A DNA stretch of 64,000 nucleotides from Callorhinchus milii (lineage: Eukaryota), in assembly GCF_018977255.1 (NCBI RefSeq), contig NW_024704742.1, positions 43,402,001 through 43,466,000 on the forward strand, read 5' to 3'. The notes beneath the pieces are model-generated. The model did not search any database. It saw nothing but the letters and a program-made list of their open reading frames with translations, and had not been told where the DNA came from. Made by a program: the position numbers and the translations under genes. Below, piece after piece: positions 25,540-40,054 of this stretch. Within the stretch, counting starts at the first letter, position 1, and each line of letters begins with the position of its first letter.

Positions 25540-26236
25540 GTTATTATAATAATCCTTGCATTTGATGTAGCACCTTATCACTTTGTTGAGATGTCTCAAA
25601 GCACTTCACAGAATATATTGTAAAGTGCATTGACTGTGTATTTTGTGGTCGAAATGAGGCAGCCAATTGCGCACAGCAGTGTCCTACAAACAGTCATGGA
25701 TTGAGTGATCAAATGTTTTCTTCATTTGGAGGGAGTATTATTACCCCCTGAAAGCGATCTGCCAATCGACTAACAACCAATAATAATAATAATAATCCTT
25801 GCATTTGATATAGCGCTTTTCACGTCGGGAGGACGTCTCAAAGCGCTTCACAGAATATACTGTAAAGTGAATTGACTGTATACTTGTGGGCGAACGCGGC
25901 AGCCAATTGCGCACAGCAATATCCCACAAACAGTCGTGGATTGAAAATGACCAATTTATTATTGTTTTTTGTTTTGGAGGGATTATTATTAGGCGTGTGG
26001 AGTAAGGAAACTTGCCCAAGGTTTCGTCCTGCCAGGAATTGAACTCAGGTCTCTCGCTTGCAAAGCGAGTGCTCTAACCACTGAGCTACAGAACTCCAAG
26101 TTCCTACTTATTAGCTAGGTAGGTAAACAGGCTTGTGGAGAAGGAAACTTGCCTAAGGTTTTGTCCCACTCAGGAATCAAACCCGGGTCCTCTCGCTTGA
26201 GAGGCAATCGTGCAAACCACTATGTTATTGGATTCC
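25540..26236 (-). mobile_element. Nested tRNA-SINEs (younger copy 25780-26097 inside an older copy)
   Basis: Outer SINE breaks at ...aacaaccaa and resumes at ccaagttcctactt. Inner copy has its own tail and head. Confidence 0.85.
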
Positions 26237-26904
26237 ACTTATTATTACTCTCTATGATGAAGTCTCCCGTGTGAATGACTCATAGCAAACACAAAGCCGA
26301 TCAATGTGGGATCCAAAAGAATTGCATAAAGCTGCAGTTTTGACTGAACAGTTGGACCCAATTGATGGTACTTATAATAATCCTTGCATTTGATACAGCA
26401 CTTCATCACATCAAAACATCTCAAAGCCTTTCACACAATGAGCTGTTTGGTGAAGCTGTGCAGATTATTCTTAAGAAGCCAACTTGTAAATTGTTTTGGG
26501 TGTGTGAAATGTGTGAGACTATCTTAAGTAATAGTTATTATTCATGTGGAGTGTCCTTTGATGCCATGAGAGGGAAACAATTTCCTTGGTACTTAAGACC
26601 GTGGAAAGGCTATTTGCGAATGCAATTGATCTAAGCAGACAATATATTAAAACAAATTGCAGGTATTGGATCTATTTTATTTTTAAACAAAAAATTCAAA
26701 ATGGAAGAGAGGAAAAGGGGAAGTGATTATTTTCAGTCACACAGAGTGATGAATTACTTTTGGGATACTAAAGCCATCAAGAGAAAACACATTCCAAATG
26801 CTATCTTCAAGCTCACCTGAAAACAATGCAGAGCAATCAAATCTTTGGAATCCCTCCCAATATTCTGCCGTGTCACTGCATCACCTCAGCGATGGAGGGA
26901 GGGA

Positions 26905-27470
26905 ACTATGCAAACTCCCTGCTTGTCGGCCTCCTCAACTCCTCCCTCCATAGGTTGCAGATCATTCAGAACTCTGCAGCCCGTGTCCTCTCCCGCACCA
27001 GGCTCCGTGATCCTTTCACCTCCATCCTTGCCCAACTCCACTGGCTTCCCATCACACAGAGGATACAGTTCAAGATCCTGGTCCTCACCTTCAAAGCCCT
27101 CCATGGCCTTACTCCCCTCTACCACTGCGACCTCCTAACCCTCTATCAACCCGCCCACTCCCTACGCTCAGTGGGCTCCGTCCTGCTTCACATCCCCCAT
27201 CCTTACCCACCTACCTTCTGCCACTCTGCTCCCACCCTCTGAAACTCCATCCCACAGTCGCTCTGCTTCGCCCCCTTCTTTGCCTCCTTCAAGACCTGTC
27301 TCAAGTCCCACATCTTCGACGGTACCTTTAATCAACCTCCTTCCCCCCTTGCCCTCCACCCTCCCTGATCCCGAACCGCAGCTCAGGTCCGAAACACTGA
27401 CTGTCCAGCACCTTGGGACGTCCTCCCTATGTGAAAGGCACTATACAAATGTAATTTTGTCGTTGTTTAT
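26905..27470 (+). mobile_element. LINE2 3' fragment
   Basis: YANSLLVGL...IQNSAARVL...[14 protein letters not shown], plus tail. Confidence 0.9.
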
Positions 27471-27779
27471 TGTTTGCTGTGGCTTTTCTCCTTTAGATTA
27501 TTAAATGAGTAAGTTCATTATAATTACACAAGTCCTTGGAATGAAGCAGGCTCAGGTGGGCATCTCATACTTGCTCACATTTGTCTGTAATTGATGGTCA
27601 GTTTTTGTTATAACCATACCCTTGGCAGATCTGTAGCCATACCTTGGAGCATTCTGGAGTCAGAGCCAGTACTGTGTCTCAGTTGGCAAGCTTTGTGGTT
27701 ATTGCAAGTTGAACTGCAATTAGTCCTGCTGTTTACTCAGCCTCCTTTGTTACAGTTTCAGCACATTTTTGCTCTCAAT

Positions 27780-28210
27780 TGTCAGCCGGGCTCAGTGGTA
27801 GCACTCTTGCTTCCTAGTCAGAAGGTAGTGGGTTCAAACTCCACACTGGGACTTAGAATCACGTATCTAAGCTGACACTCCATTGCAGTGGTGGAGCTTG
27901 GCATCATCAGAGGTGCTGTCCTTTGGATAAGACTTTAAACTGGGGTCCCGTCTGCCTGTGGACATTAAAAGATCCCATAGCACTATTTGAAAAGAGAAGG
28001 GAGTTTCTCTCTCCCAATGTCCTGGTCCACAAACCCCCAAATTAAATTGGTCACTCACTACATGGCTTTTTGTGGGACATTGTTGTGTGCAAACTGACTG
28101 CCATGTTTCATGCACAAAATACAGTCAATAAATTTTATAGGATATCCTATGAAGTGCTTTGTGAGGTCTTGACAACATATGGTGCTATATCAAATGCAAG
28201 GATTATTATT
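27780..28210 (+). mobile_element. tRNA-headed Deu-domain-type SINE
   Basis: A box ggctcagtggtag, B box ggttcaaactcc, Deu-like core, shared tail. Confidence 0.8.
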
Positions 28211-28567
28211 TCTCTAAATTTGTTGTTCAATTCTTGGCTGACTTGATGACATTGGCTGACATTTTTCCAAAACCTTCTTCATAACTGCTGTACTCCATTA
28301 TATTTCATCTTCCAATTTGATGTGCTTAATTCTAAAACTCTTCCATGAGTAGCCAATTGTCACTTGGATGTAATTCAAGATTATGAAACTTTTTTCAACC
28401 TGGCAGGTGCCTAGGCACAAGAAACTTAATGGCATCCTATCCAAACTAGACTTCCACCTAACGTGGAACTTTCTCTTTATCTGGAATGGAATATGAACTC
28501 TCCTCATTGGGACGCACCCCATTTAGCAGGTGCCAGAAAGTATTATGCACAGGTTATCAAGAGCAAA

Positions 28568-28938
28568 GGCTCTCCGACCTACTATCCCCCTACTTACCTG
28601 CCCATACCCTCCGTTCCTCTGGCTCCGGTCTGCTCCACGTCCTCCGCCCTAACCACCCTACCATCGGTGGCCGGGCCTTCAGCCTTTCAGCCCCTAGGCT
28701 CTGGAACTCCACCCCCCAGTGCCTTCGCCGCTTCCTCCCTTTCCTCCTTCAAGGCCGGTCTCAAACCTTTCTCTTCGACCATGCCTTCAGCTCCCCTCTC
28801 AACTCTCTACCCCCTCCTCGCTCCCTCCCCTCACCCTGACCATCTTCCCCCTGCTTGGGTCCCGACCCAACTGTCCAGCGCCTTGGGACGTCCTCCCGAG
28901 GTGAAAGGCGCTCTATAAATGAAATCTTGTTGTTGTTG
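28568..28938 (+). mobile_element. LINE2 3' fragment with intact tail
   Basis: [19 protein letters not shown]...; stem-loop tail and (ttg)n. Confidence 0.9.
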
Positions 28939-29721
28939 AGGTATTCTGAAGTTTAACATTTAAACTGCATGCTGGCTGGTCTGTCATCAGCTTTCGCAGT
29001 GCAGACCTGCCTGGGCTCACAAGCCAGACTGCCAAAACCACCAGATGTTTCTATTCCAATATTCCATTGTCACGCATGTCACCTTGGAATTGGCTATCAT
29101 TCCCAAAGAGGATAATCACTAGTTGGTCATTAGAGATCTGACAAGCATAGGCTTGAGCCCTGGCTCAGCGCATAGGAAATACCAAGAATTCCTTGGAGCC
29201 CCTTCATGAGCAATTACAACTCAGTATCAAAAGTATGAGAGCATTGCTACCAACAAACATCCCATCCACACTCGGACACACACCCTTACCCACTGAGTTT
29301 TATCAATTGGAATCAAGGTGGATTTGAATCAGACTTCAGGAAACACATTCCAGCAGTTTTCATCCTAATCCTCAAGTTTCCTCATCAACAATTCAACATC
29401 TATTTGATAGAAGGACCTGTACAGAGCAACTGAGTTGGCACGATACCTTTAATTTAAGTCATTCTTTCTGGATGGTTCAGTCTGTTATGGGTGGACATTC
29501 CCTTTAACTGTGAATATGTATTATCCTAAAAGGACTGTGACAAGAGGGTTTGCAGAATCCTCTATGGGATGCATTTACCAAAACATAAAATTCAATGCAC
29601 AGGCCCCATTACTGCATTACTGTCATTGCCCAATTGAGCAGCAGAAATAGCAACACAAGGAGAGGGAAAAAAAAGGGTGTGGAACAAGTTATATGCATAA
29701 GACAAAGAAGCTGACACAATG

Positions 29722-30625
29722 GGTTGTACTTCCACATGTATGCGGATGTCACCCAACTCTATCTCTCTGCTTCCACCATTGACTCCAGGACCACTGCTGT
29801 GCTGACAGACTGTCTGTCAGACATAAAGTCCTGGATGAGAGCTAACTTTCTTCAGTTGAATGTCAACAAGACTGAGGCCTGCTTGATTGGCTCTGGTCAG
29901 CACCTCAGGCACTGGCAGGATCACCATCCATGGATGCACACTCCACCTTACTAAGCCAGTCCAGAACCATGGCGTCTTGTTTGACCCACAACTGTCATTT
30001 ATACCCCACATCCACACCATGTCCCACTCTGCCTTCCCCCACCTCCGAAACATTGCCTGGCTCCACCACTGCCTCAGCCCTCAGGCCACCGACTCTCATC
30101 TATGCATTTATTAGATCTAGGCTCGAATACTCCAAATTCTGCTTGTCAGTCTTCCCAACTCTTCCCTCCACAAGCTGCAGATCATCGAGAACACTGCAGC
30201 TCGTGTCCTCTCCCACCTCAGGATCAATGACCACATCACCATCGCCCAGCTCCACTGGCTCCCCATCCCCAAGAGGATAAATTCAAAATCCTCATCAAGG
30301 CCGTCCACGCCTTGCTGTTTCCTACCTCTGCAACCTAACTTGTTATTCCGCTCCCTCCGCTTAGGCCTGCTCCATGTCCCCCACCCTACCATCAGTAGTC
30401 GGGCCTTCAGCCTCTCTGCTCCAACCCTTTGGAACTCCATCCCAGTTCCTTCACTTTGCTCCCTCCCTTGCCTCCAAAACCTTTCTCTTCAACCTTGCCT
30501 TCAACCCCCTCCTACCCCAACCCTCCAGATTCCAACCCCCTGCTTGGGTCAAAATTCCCTGACTGCCCAGGGCCTTGGGATTTCCTCCCAACATGAAAGG
30601 CACTGTACAAATGTAATTTGTTGCT
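29722..30625 (+). mobile_element. Degenerate LINE2 RT 3' fragment
   Basis: FHMYADVTQLY...[15 protein letters not shown] with frameshifts, tail near 30600. Confidence 0.9.
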
Positions 30626-31056
30626 GTATGGTCTTCTGTGCTGTAAATCTGAAGCCCATACCCTGCCAGGCCTGCCCCACCATCGAGAGTTGTGCCTTTA
30701 GTCCCTTCACCTTGCTCCTCCCTTCACAGCTTGTCTCAAGACCCTACTCTTTGACTGCGCCTTCGGTGACCCTCCTACCCATATCCTCCCTCCCAACCCA
30801 AATCTTGGGTCCAAATTCCTGACTTTCCAGTACCTTGGGACATTCTTCTGACACTAATACAAATGAAATTTCTTCTTGTGTTTTAAATGACTATGGTTCT
30901 CAGTTATTTAGATGGACAAGCATCACGTATGATTCCTTCCAAAAAGTTACCTGAAGAATAGTGAGAACTAGTGACGAAAAAGCAACTTTTTTTTTAAATA
31001 AGGTTTCAATAACAGAAACGGCACACACAATACAGAACTGTTCTTGTCACTGTACT

Positions 31057-31062
31057 TTTATT
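31057..31062 (-). terminator. DHX15: DHX15 polyadenylation signal AATAAA
   Basis: AATAAA about 570 nt after the stop, followed by a GU-rich downstream element (TGTATTGTGTGTG). Confidence 0.7.
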
Positions 31063-31629
31063 TAAGTCAAAAACTGGTGATGGGAAAATTCAGAGGCTCC
31101 TACGTATGCAAGTTTTCCAAGTTCTTTAGAACTCCCTACAACGTTCTAGTAAGAATGTTAACATGGGTAGGATCATGCAGTATGTGGTTGAGAAATACAT
31201 ACTTTAAATGTCAACTCCGAATCGCTATGAGAAATGCAGACAGGATTTTAATAATGATGAAACTCTTTAAAAATTAACAGTTACAGCATTATTTTGAAAC
31301 ATGTGTTCTCTCCCACCCCCCCCCCCCCCCCACCCCCCCAACCTCTCAAAACCAAACAGGGTTTGTGACAAAAGTCAACGTAACAATAAAAAAAGCCACA
31401 TAACACCAGCAACATGCTATGTTGCTCAACACAGTGTTACACAACCCATCATAAACAAGGTTTTTAAAAAATAAAGTGAGGAATTGTCCAGCCATTTGAA
31501 AAAAACATCCATAGTTTTCTTTAGTAGACTGTAATTAAATTTGTTACGTTGAGCAGAATCTGAAGTCCATATTTCTTCAATATGAAATCTGCAATTTTCT
31601 GGCCTCCATCATAATTGTGAAGAATGACT

Positions 31630-31773
<144 letters not shown>

Positions 31774-34045
31774 TTATTATTCCTGAATAAAATACTCAAG
31801 TTACATTAATATCCTCCCTATGTAGGATGATAACATTTTGATTTAAAAAATGTAACAATTTCATACACAATGTTTTGTGGTTCAGATATTGTATTGACTT
31901 TGCAACCACTAGTTTATAACATAACCTCCAAATGTCCATACTGGTAAAATTCAGTACAATAAAAGAAGCACATCTAGTCATTAGCTCAAATTCCATTAAA
32001 GGGGAGTGAGTAACTATTATCTGCCCCTAAGTTCCCATGTGAAAATAATTGAAAGGTGCTAAATATTTGAAAAAAGTGGACAGGTGGACTATTATAGCCT
32101 GGGAGAAACTGGCGCAGTTTGGAAATTTTTTTATTATTATTAAATCCTTGAATTTGATATAGCGTCTTATCACATCTCCGAGACGTCTCAAAGAGCTTCA
32201 CGGAATATATTGTAAAGTGGATTGACTGTATCTTTTGTGGGCGAAATGTGGCAGACAATTGTGCATAGCAATGTCCCACAAACAAAATGTAGAATATAAC
32301 TTGCATGAATTGGTGGTTTGGAGATTTACAGCCACAACGTGAAAAGCAAATTACAAATCACAACATTTACCATGTCATCTGGGAAAATCGGGAAGGGAGA
32401 ACTAGCCAATACCTATAAACAGCTATTAGGTATTGGCTACTTCGCTCACTATTAACACAATAGCACTAACAAATTGTTGTGAGACTGCCTTACCATAGCT
32501 AGCCAAAATAAACAGGAAGGGGGAGGGAGTAAAAGAAAAAAGCCTAAAATATAAGCCAATGAATTTGCAGGCAATAACAATACATGTAAGTCACTAGTCA
32601 ATAACTTTTAATTGACTCTTCTTCTCCTTCATTCCCCCCCCCCCACCACCGCTTTTACAACAAATGGCAATAATTGTGCTAAAAAAATTTTGCCGGAAAC
32701 ATTTGTACATTTTTCAATCAGACTAAGACTGCAGAATAATACTTTGTCTATTATTTTGTGAGCTTTTACTGCACAAGGACTCACTACACGTTTCATTATT
32801 TCTTGTAAGTAATAATGTAATCAGCCAGTTGAAGAGGAACACAATGTATTTTGGCCAAAGTTCCCACAGTGTTTCAAAATTAGTTACTTCTACAATTCCC
32901 AGTATGGCCACTTTTTAATATAACCTAGCAATTGGGGAAGGAAAATCGCTTATGAAGTCCAATTAAAAATCTAATAATGTGCCTGGATGTCAGTGTTTAT
33001 GTTAACAAGACTCCTAAGGATATACATCTACAAAATAATTCACCGTTTGACCTTTACGTTGCTGTGGTGATAGGTGTACATTTCTGAATATATAAATGAG
33101 ATTCTCCATCAGCTCATTATCAGAAAGGGGCTCCAATGTCCACTTGAGAAACAATTTGCTAACCTAACTCATCAGTTCTGACATACAATGTAGGTGACAT
33201 AGAAACATAGCTCAGTTTCCATCCAATAATCAAATCAAAGTAATTATCTACTGTCCTCGATTATATTGAAACGTTATCCAGAACTCAGAAGATACTAATG
33301 ATGAAATCAATGGCACGTCTCCACATTTCACCGTGGCATTACCACACACAGACACAATGGGTCAAATGGCCTCTTTGTGTGCTGCAAGCATTCTATGGTT
33401 TTAAGCTTCTCACAATGTCCATTTACTACAATAAATAATAAAAGCAGAAATGAAGACTGTTGACAAATTTGATACACATGAGAATATCTCGGGTTGGCAG
33501 TGAGGATCACAATTTGTACTTCATCTGGGGCAAGCCTGACTGGTGAAACGAAGCAATGCTCATGGTTCCTGTTGCTGAAGTAATGAAACTGCAGCACTTT
33601 ACACTATCTACCCATATTATGAAATTACCTTGGGACATCGGTTATTGTGTTCAAACAGGTCCGACTGGGTACCCAATGTCAGTCTTCTCACACTACATTT
33701 CAAAAAGGGCTAATAAAAATGATGCATAAAACGTATAGTTTACAGAGCAACAGTGGCATGAAGCAGGGCCACATGTAGAATGAGTTCCACTTGGGCCCAA
33801 ATCGAGTGGCATTAAGGAGGACAATGATGCCTCCTCACTTATGGGTTAGAAAACGGTGGGTTCAGGTTCTATGTTAGGACTTAAACTCACAGCCTAGGCT
33901 GACCTCCAGTGCTGCGCTGTGTGGTGTCTTTACCCAGTTGACCATCAATGGACTGGCTCTTAAAATTAAGATTCAACTGGAGAAAATAGAATTCACAACC
34001 TGTGCAAACTATTGAGAATGCTACAAAAGCTGTTTCAGCACATTA

Positions 34046-34216
<171 letters not shown>

Positions 34217-35963
34217 CTAAATAGGCAAAAAATAATAATCAATCTTCACACAACCCATTAGGAAAGAAGGGGAAAACATCCCATTGCCTTAAGCTTTTTG
34301 TTATTGACACTTACAGAATTGTCTTCCACTTCCAACATGCAAATTAGCCTTACAGCCAGAAAGTAAACAACTTTGACAGGTTCACATGACCGAACCACAA
34401 TTTTATTGAAGTAGAAGAAGAAAAGGGCAACATCCCCTTCAGACCCTTTCAAGGTTTAAAAATGCATTAAATCCCATTGAAAATACAAGTGGATCAAAAT
34501 ACCTCGTGCATAATTTTCCCTGGACAAGTTCGGGTATTGCCAAGTATAATAAGCATATAAATCCAAAGGAGACTAAATGTCAAATAGTACATTTGCTTAG
34601 CGCTTTTTAAAAAAAATACGTACACCAATATGAATTGTGTAATCTCATTTGTGGTAGTAAGCACTGAACCATGCGATGTTAATATCATTAGCAAAGAAAA
34701 TTCCTTTAGATGGATTTCTGTTCGTGCCTTGTTTTTTTTAAAAACACAAGTTTTGCTTTGTACTTTTTCATTTGAATGGAAGTTGTCATGTAAAGAACAT
34801 TAAACATTACTGTTGCATTGCATTAGTATGGTAACTTTTACTACTGCTATTCCCTGTAACACATTTAAATAGTTGAAGATTAGATTTTTTTTTTCTGGTG
34901 CATAAATCAGTACATGTACACTTGGAAGAATCAAGCGTCTGCCTTAAAAATATGCAAAGACCAGAAACACTCAAGTGTGAAGCAATGGAATTAAGTACAG
35001 TAGCTCTGCAATAGATGGAGAGGAGAGCTTGTTGCAACAGCTTAAGAGCAAAATATTTTGCAGAAACCTTTTCTATCTATCTGACAAGCTCCGTTCATAC
35101 CATTTCTGGCACGATCACTGATGGGATTTGTTTACCAGCCAAGTGCTATCATTAACTTATCAATATCTATCACAATTCTCTGGAAAAGTCTGAGTCAAAA
35201 TATTACACCCTAATCTGGATTGATCGCTGGGCTTTTTGATTTGGACAGTGGTCATGAAACATCATGCCTCCCTAAACTCAATTCTTTCCTTCATTCATGT
35301 TTTTTTTCATCACTCGTGCATTTCAACATACTTGGAAAGTACAGAAATGTATATACCCAATGATTGATGTACAACAGAGGCTTTTTTTAACCAATACAAT
35401 CACGCTTTTCAAAAACAGAGTTTCCAGTGTGTTCAAGGTCAAGTAACTTATTTTTGATAAAATTTGCCTGGCTTCAAACATAATCTTCAGAGACAGTAAC
35501 TACCTGTCCAATTATATCAGTGCTCTTTTAATCTGCTGAATCATTCAACAAGTTATGAGACATTATACAAAGAACCACTGTACTGTTGCACATGCTTTTG
35601 ATCAGTTAACCGATAACCCTTTTACCCTCCACGACCATTTCCAAATCAATTATTTTTTCCAGAATGATATTAACAGTAATTCACTGAAAATCACAGAATG
35701 CAAAAGTGATGAGAGTATTGTACTATCAGGGTCATCTATAACATATCGTAACTGGCATCAATAAAATTGTTGCACCACACTGTAAACTGAATAAAGTTTA
35801 CAACAGATATACATGCCAGACCTGCCAGAGCACACAAATCCTATGACACTCCCACCTCCAATAGCTCCAAATTGGAGTTTAAGATTTAACATATTTTAGA
35901 CACGAACTGGAATATCAAGCATTGAGTTAATACACATTTAAGAAAGATAATAAATTGTCATCA

Positions 35964-36173
<210 letters not shown>

Positions 36174-36929
36174 TCATTATTAAGAAAACGTAATTGAAAC
36201 CAGGCTTAATACAAAAACAAAGATAACAGCAGAGAGAAAATAAGCTTTTTTTAGTATGGTGTGGATGAATTTCACATACTTGAAATAACTCAACTCACGA
36301 TCTCCATATTCTAAGTTGTAATTTCAGCTTTGGCTCTGTGGGAACTACCAAGTGGAGGCTCAAAAGCGTCAACACAAACAGGGGAAGAATCCAGTGAGTC
36401 ACTTAAGGCTACTATACTGTGGAGTTGGTAGCTTCAGAATGGCATTGCCAGAGTCTTGACCAGAACAGTACCCATGCATGTGATGTGTGTGTTTTTTTTT
36501 AAAAAAAGGAAAGTCTTCAGGGAGGAATGCTAAAGAGATACGGTGGTTGAAAGGTAGAAGGAAGACAGAGTGACTGAAATGCATGCCTATGGAATAATAC
36601 GTGATGACGGCCCTACATTTTTAAGGTGTAAGGCAATCATATGTTCACAAAAAATGAACTGAATTAAATTAGGCTGCTTTCTTCCCCTCTCTCCCCCATC
36701 CCCGTCCGTCTGTCATTCACTTGATGAACAGAGTACATAATTCCACAGCAGTCCAGGAGCTTGGCAGGCAGCACTGAACATGCATGAAGCTGAACAGCAA
36801 GTGTTGACAAAACCATTGTACCACAGAGAGGATCACAGCTGAGCTGAATCCATTCTCAAAAGATGCACCTCAGGATCACACTAGCACATTATTACTCATG
36901 GAAACGATGCAGGTAAATTTAAGATAACA

Positions 36930-37345
36930 ATAATTCTTAATAATAATACATTTGGTGTAGCACCTGATTTTGTCATTAAGACATCAAAGCGCTTCACAAG
37001 ATATACTGTAAAGTGGATTGATTGAATTTAGTGAACAAACGCAGCAGCTAATTTGTAAAGCAACATCCCACAAACAGCCATGGATTGAGTGACTATTTTT
37101 ATTTTATTTGGGGGATTGTTGGCCAGGACACCAGAAACTTCATTCCCTTTTCGAATAGTGGAATGCTTAATGTCCACCTGAACAGGCAGACGGGACTTCG
37201 GTTTAACATCTTATCCAAAGGACGATACCTCCAACAATGAACACACTCCAAGTTCTGTATTGAAGCGTCAGTTTAAAGTATGTGATTTCAAGTGGGGCTC
37301 GAACCCACAATCTTCTGATTCAGAAGCGAACCCCGAGCCATGCTG
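36930..37345 (-). mobile_element. Deu-domain-type tRNA SINE
   Basis: Reverse complement of the 27780-28210 family. Confidence 0.75.
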
Positions 37346-40054
37346 ACATGAGGTGCCCTGCTTTGCACAAACTATTTCGAATCATACTATTAAGACCATC
37401 CAAATGCTCTTGTGTTATTTACAAGAAAATATGATGCAAATCAAACAATTTGTTTGAAATAGAGAAATTGTTAATTTATTGCAGTCAGTGAAGACTCAGA
37501 GCATCGCATCAGTGCTGTTGCACCTTGGAAGTTCTTCCTTAAATGGTGGAATTCCCTCAAGTTACTATTGCCACAAGTGCTCGGGAGATTTATCGGAGTG
37601 AATTGATTGTTGTTCTTGCACCACCAATTGTGCAATTTATTCAGTTTGCTAGTAAATGCTGTGAATTGTGTAGCCTGTGGTACTGACCATTCAATGATGA
37701 TTAACTGACATTAATTATTTTTTAAAAAAGGTTTGTTGTATTTAATCACATTCTTGGGACATCAAATTTCCACAATGGTTTTATCATGCAATGACAAATA
37801 ATAAATTATTCCATTTCATTGAGTATTATAAACTGAAGCAGGTTTCAAAGCAGTTTTAAGAGTGATCTTTAGTTTGCAGAATCAAGCATTTAAGGAAACT
37901 GTAATACACGCAAATGATGCGTAAGGGCTGAAACAGGCAGGGGCTTAAGAGGACTACAAAAGTCCCGAAGTTATAAAAAATTGTCTGCATCAGTGGAACT
38001 TGGGACATTTTGCTTGAATACTTGCTTAAGATTTGCAGTTAAAGTGTTATTCAACTTGGGAATTTTACAAAAATATGGAACAGTTTACATTAAAAAGTTA
38101 AAACTTAAGTTAATCTTAATATGATCAAAATCTTATTTGAACCTCTTCTTACAAAAATATCAAATCAAGTTTGTATGAGTCAAGGAAACATTTCAGTTTC
38201 TCAAAGAATTAAAAAAAACTCATTAAAGTTAACTATCTTCACTAGTGATGCACATATCAGTTAAGGAATTTATCTAATCAGTTGGGAAACACTACAAGAA
38301 TATTTGAAAAATAGTGATGATCTTTGTCTTTCACTCAAGAGAATGCAGTTAAAATTGTCAAGCACTTTGGGACATCATCCTGATATAAAGATGCTAGATA
38401 ACTGTGTAGTGTAAAACTCAAAGAGTTGCCCTAATCAGTGGGAAAACAAAGCAGGCTCATGAATAACACATTAACTTTTTAAATATAAACCAAGAGTGGT
38501 TTTCATCAAATTCCAAATAGTTAGTGAAAATAGGGAACAAACTCACTCTCACTGGAGTGGCCAGGACAAGGGGACATAACCTGAAAATTAGAGCCAACAT
38601 TTTTAAAGGTGAAAGTAAAATTACTCAAAGAGTTACAATATGGAATAGACTTGCCACAACAACATAAACAGTCATTTGAGGCATTCTAGAGATTGCTGAA
38701 TGCTGTTAAGTGAGTATGTCCTCCCAACATGAAAATGCTATCTATATGCATGCAATTTCTTGTTGATGATATGGAGAAAGGCGAGTAAAATGAAAGATTT
38801 GTTAGACATAAAAGTTGAGCAGAATAGCCCATTCCTATTCATATGAGTCTGCAATTACTGGAACAAATAGGATGGGTTTTGGAATAAAGATCAGAAGGTA
38901 TGCAACCTGCAAAAACTGGGATTGATGATATTCAACAATCTACCTTGGAACATGCTCAAGCAGAATTTTGTAAGCTTGACCCTATTTCAGCCCCCAGCAA
39001 CAATTGAGTTAGAGCTACTGAACAATAGGTTTAGTGAAACAAGTTGGGAGAAGTAACAGCCATTTATTTTGCATCCTTAATCTTAAAAAAGAATATGATG
39101 ATAATTTTTGCAGGTAAGATTGAAAATGAATAAGTTAAATAATAATAATCCTATATCGATAAAGAGCATAAAAATAATTGCAATTGAAAATAAAGAGACA
39201 AGTTCACTCAGAGCCTACAATTACTTATCTGACCTTATGTGTCAAGGGTTCACAGTGCCATTTGGTTTAAGGAACCAAAACTTAAACAAAGGATGGGATA
39301 TAAGGGACAGGATATAAGTTTTCAAATTTATACTGGAGAAATCTAATGGAACCTCTCTTCTGTGTGGAATGCATGTTTTATACGTTTAGGAAATTGCATA
39401 AGCATTGTGTTACTGCATGCAGTACCAGAAATCATTGCAGGTAAAAGCCAGAAATGCAAATAAAATAACTATAAATCTACATAGTACAAGAACCTGCATC
39501 AATTTTGCTATGTAGAAAACCTATCACTATGATTGCTCTAAATCCTCAAATATTTGTAATCACCTTCCACGATCATATTTGGTCTGGGATTTCATGAGTT
39601 TGCAACGAGGTGCTCAATATAATAAATGTATTATAGCACAAAACACCGATAAGTTAGTTAGTAAAACCATCATCTTAAAGAGTGAATCTGAATCACAAAG
39701 CCAGGGAGGTTTACTTCGGTCTGTGCTGACTTAGATGATCTCAGCCAGTGGTGTTGAATTGACCTAAGTACCTCAGTGGTGGGGAAAAAGAGCGGAGAAA
39801 AAACAGCCAGAGTTCCCAGTCCTAACCCGGTCTGTCATTCATGATAGAAAGTAATTGGATGTGGAAATCAGGTGAGAGAATATTAGGCTTGGTTGTGATG
39901 TCTCTAAGATCAAAAAGAATCATTGCTTAGCTTCACTTAAAAATGGCGACTAGACGTTTGTATAGAGGGTGGTTGATGCCTGTGTAATTGTATCCCAGAA
40001 TGCCTGAAGAAGAGTGGAAAGGACAATATACAAAACACTCTATAAAATGCTATA

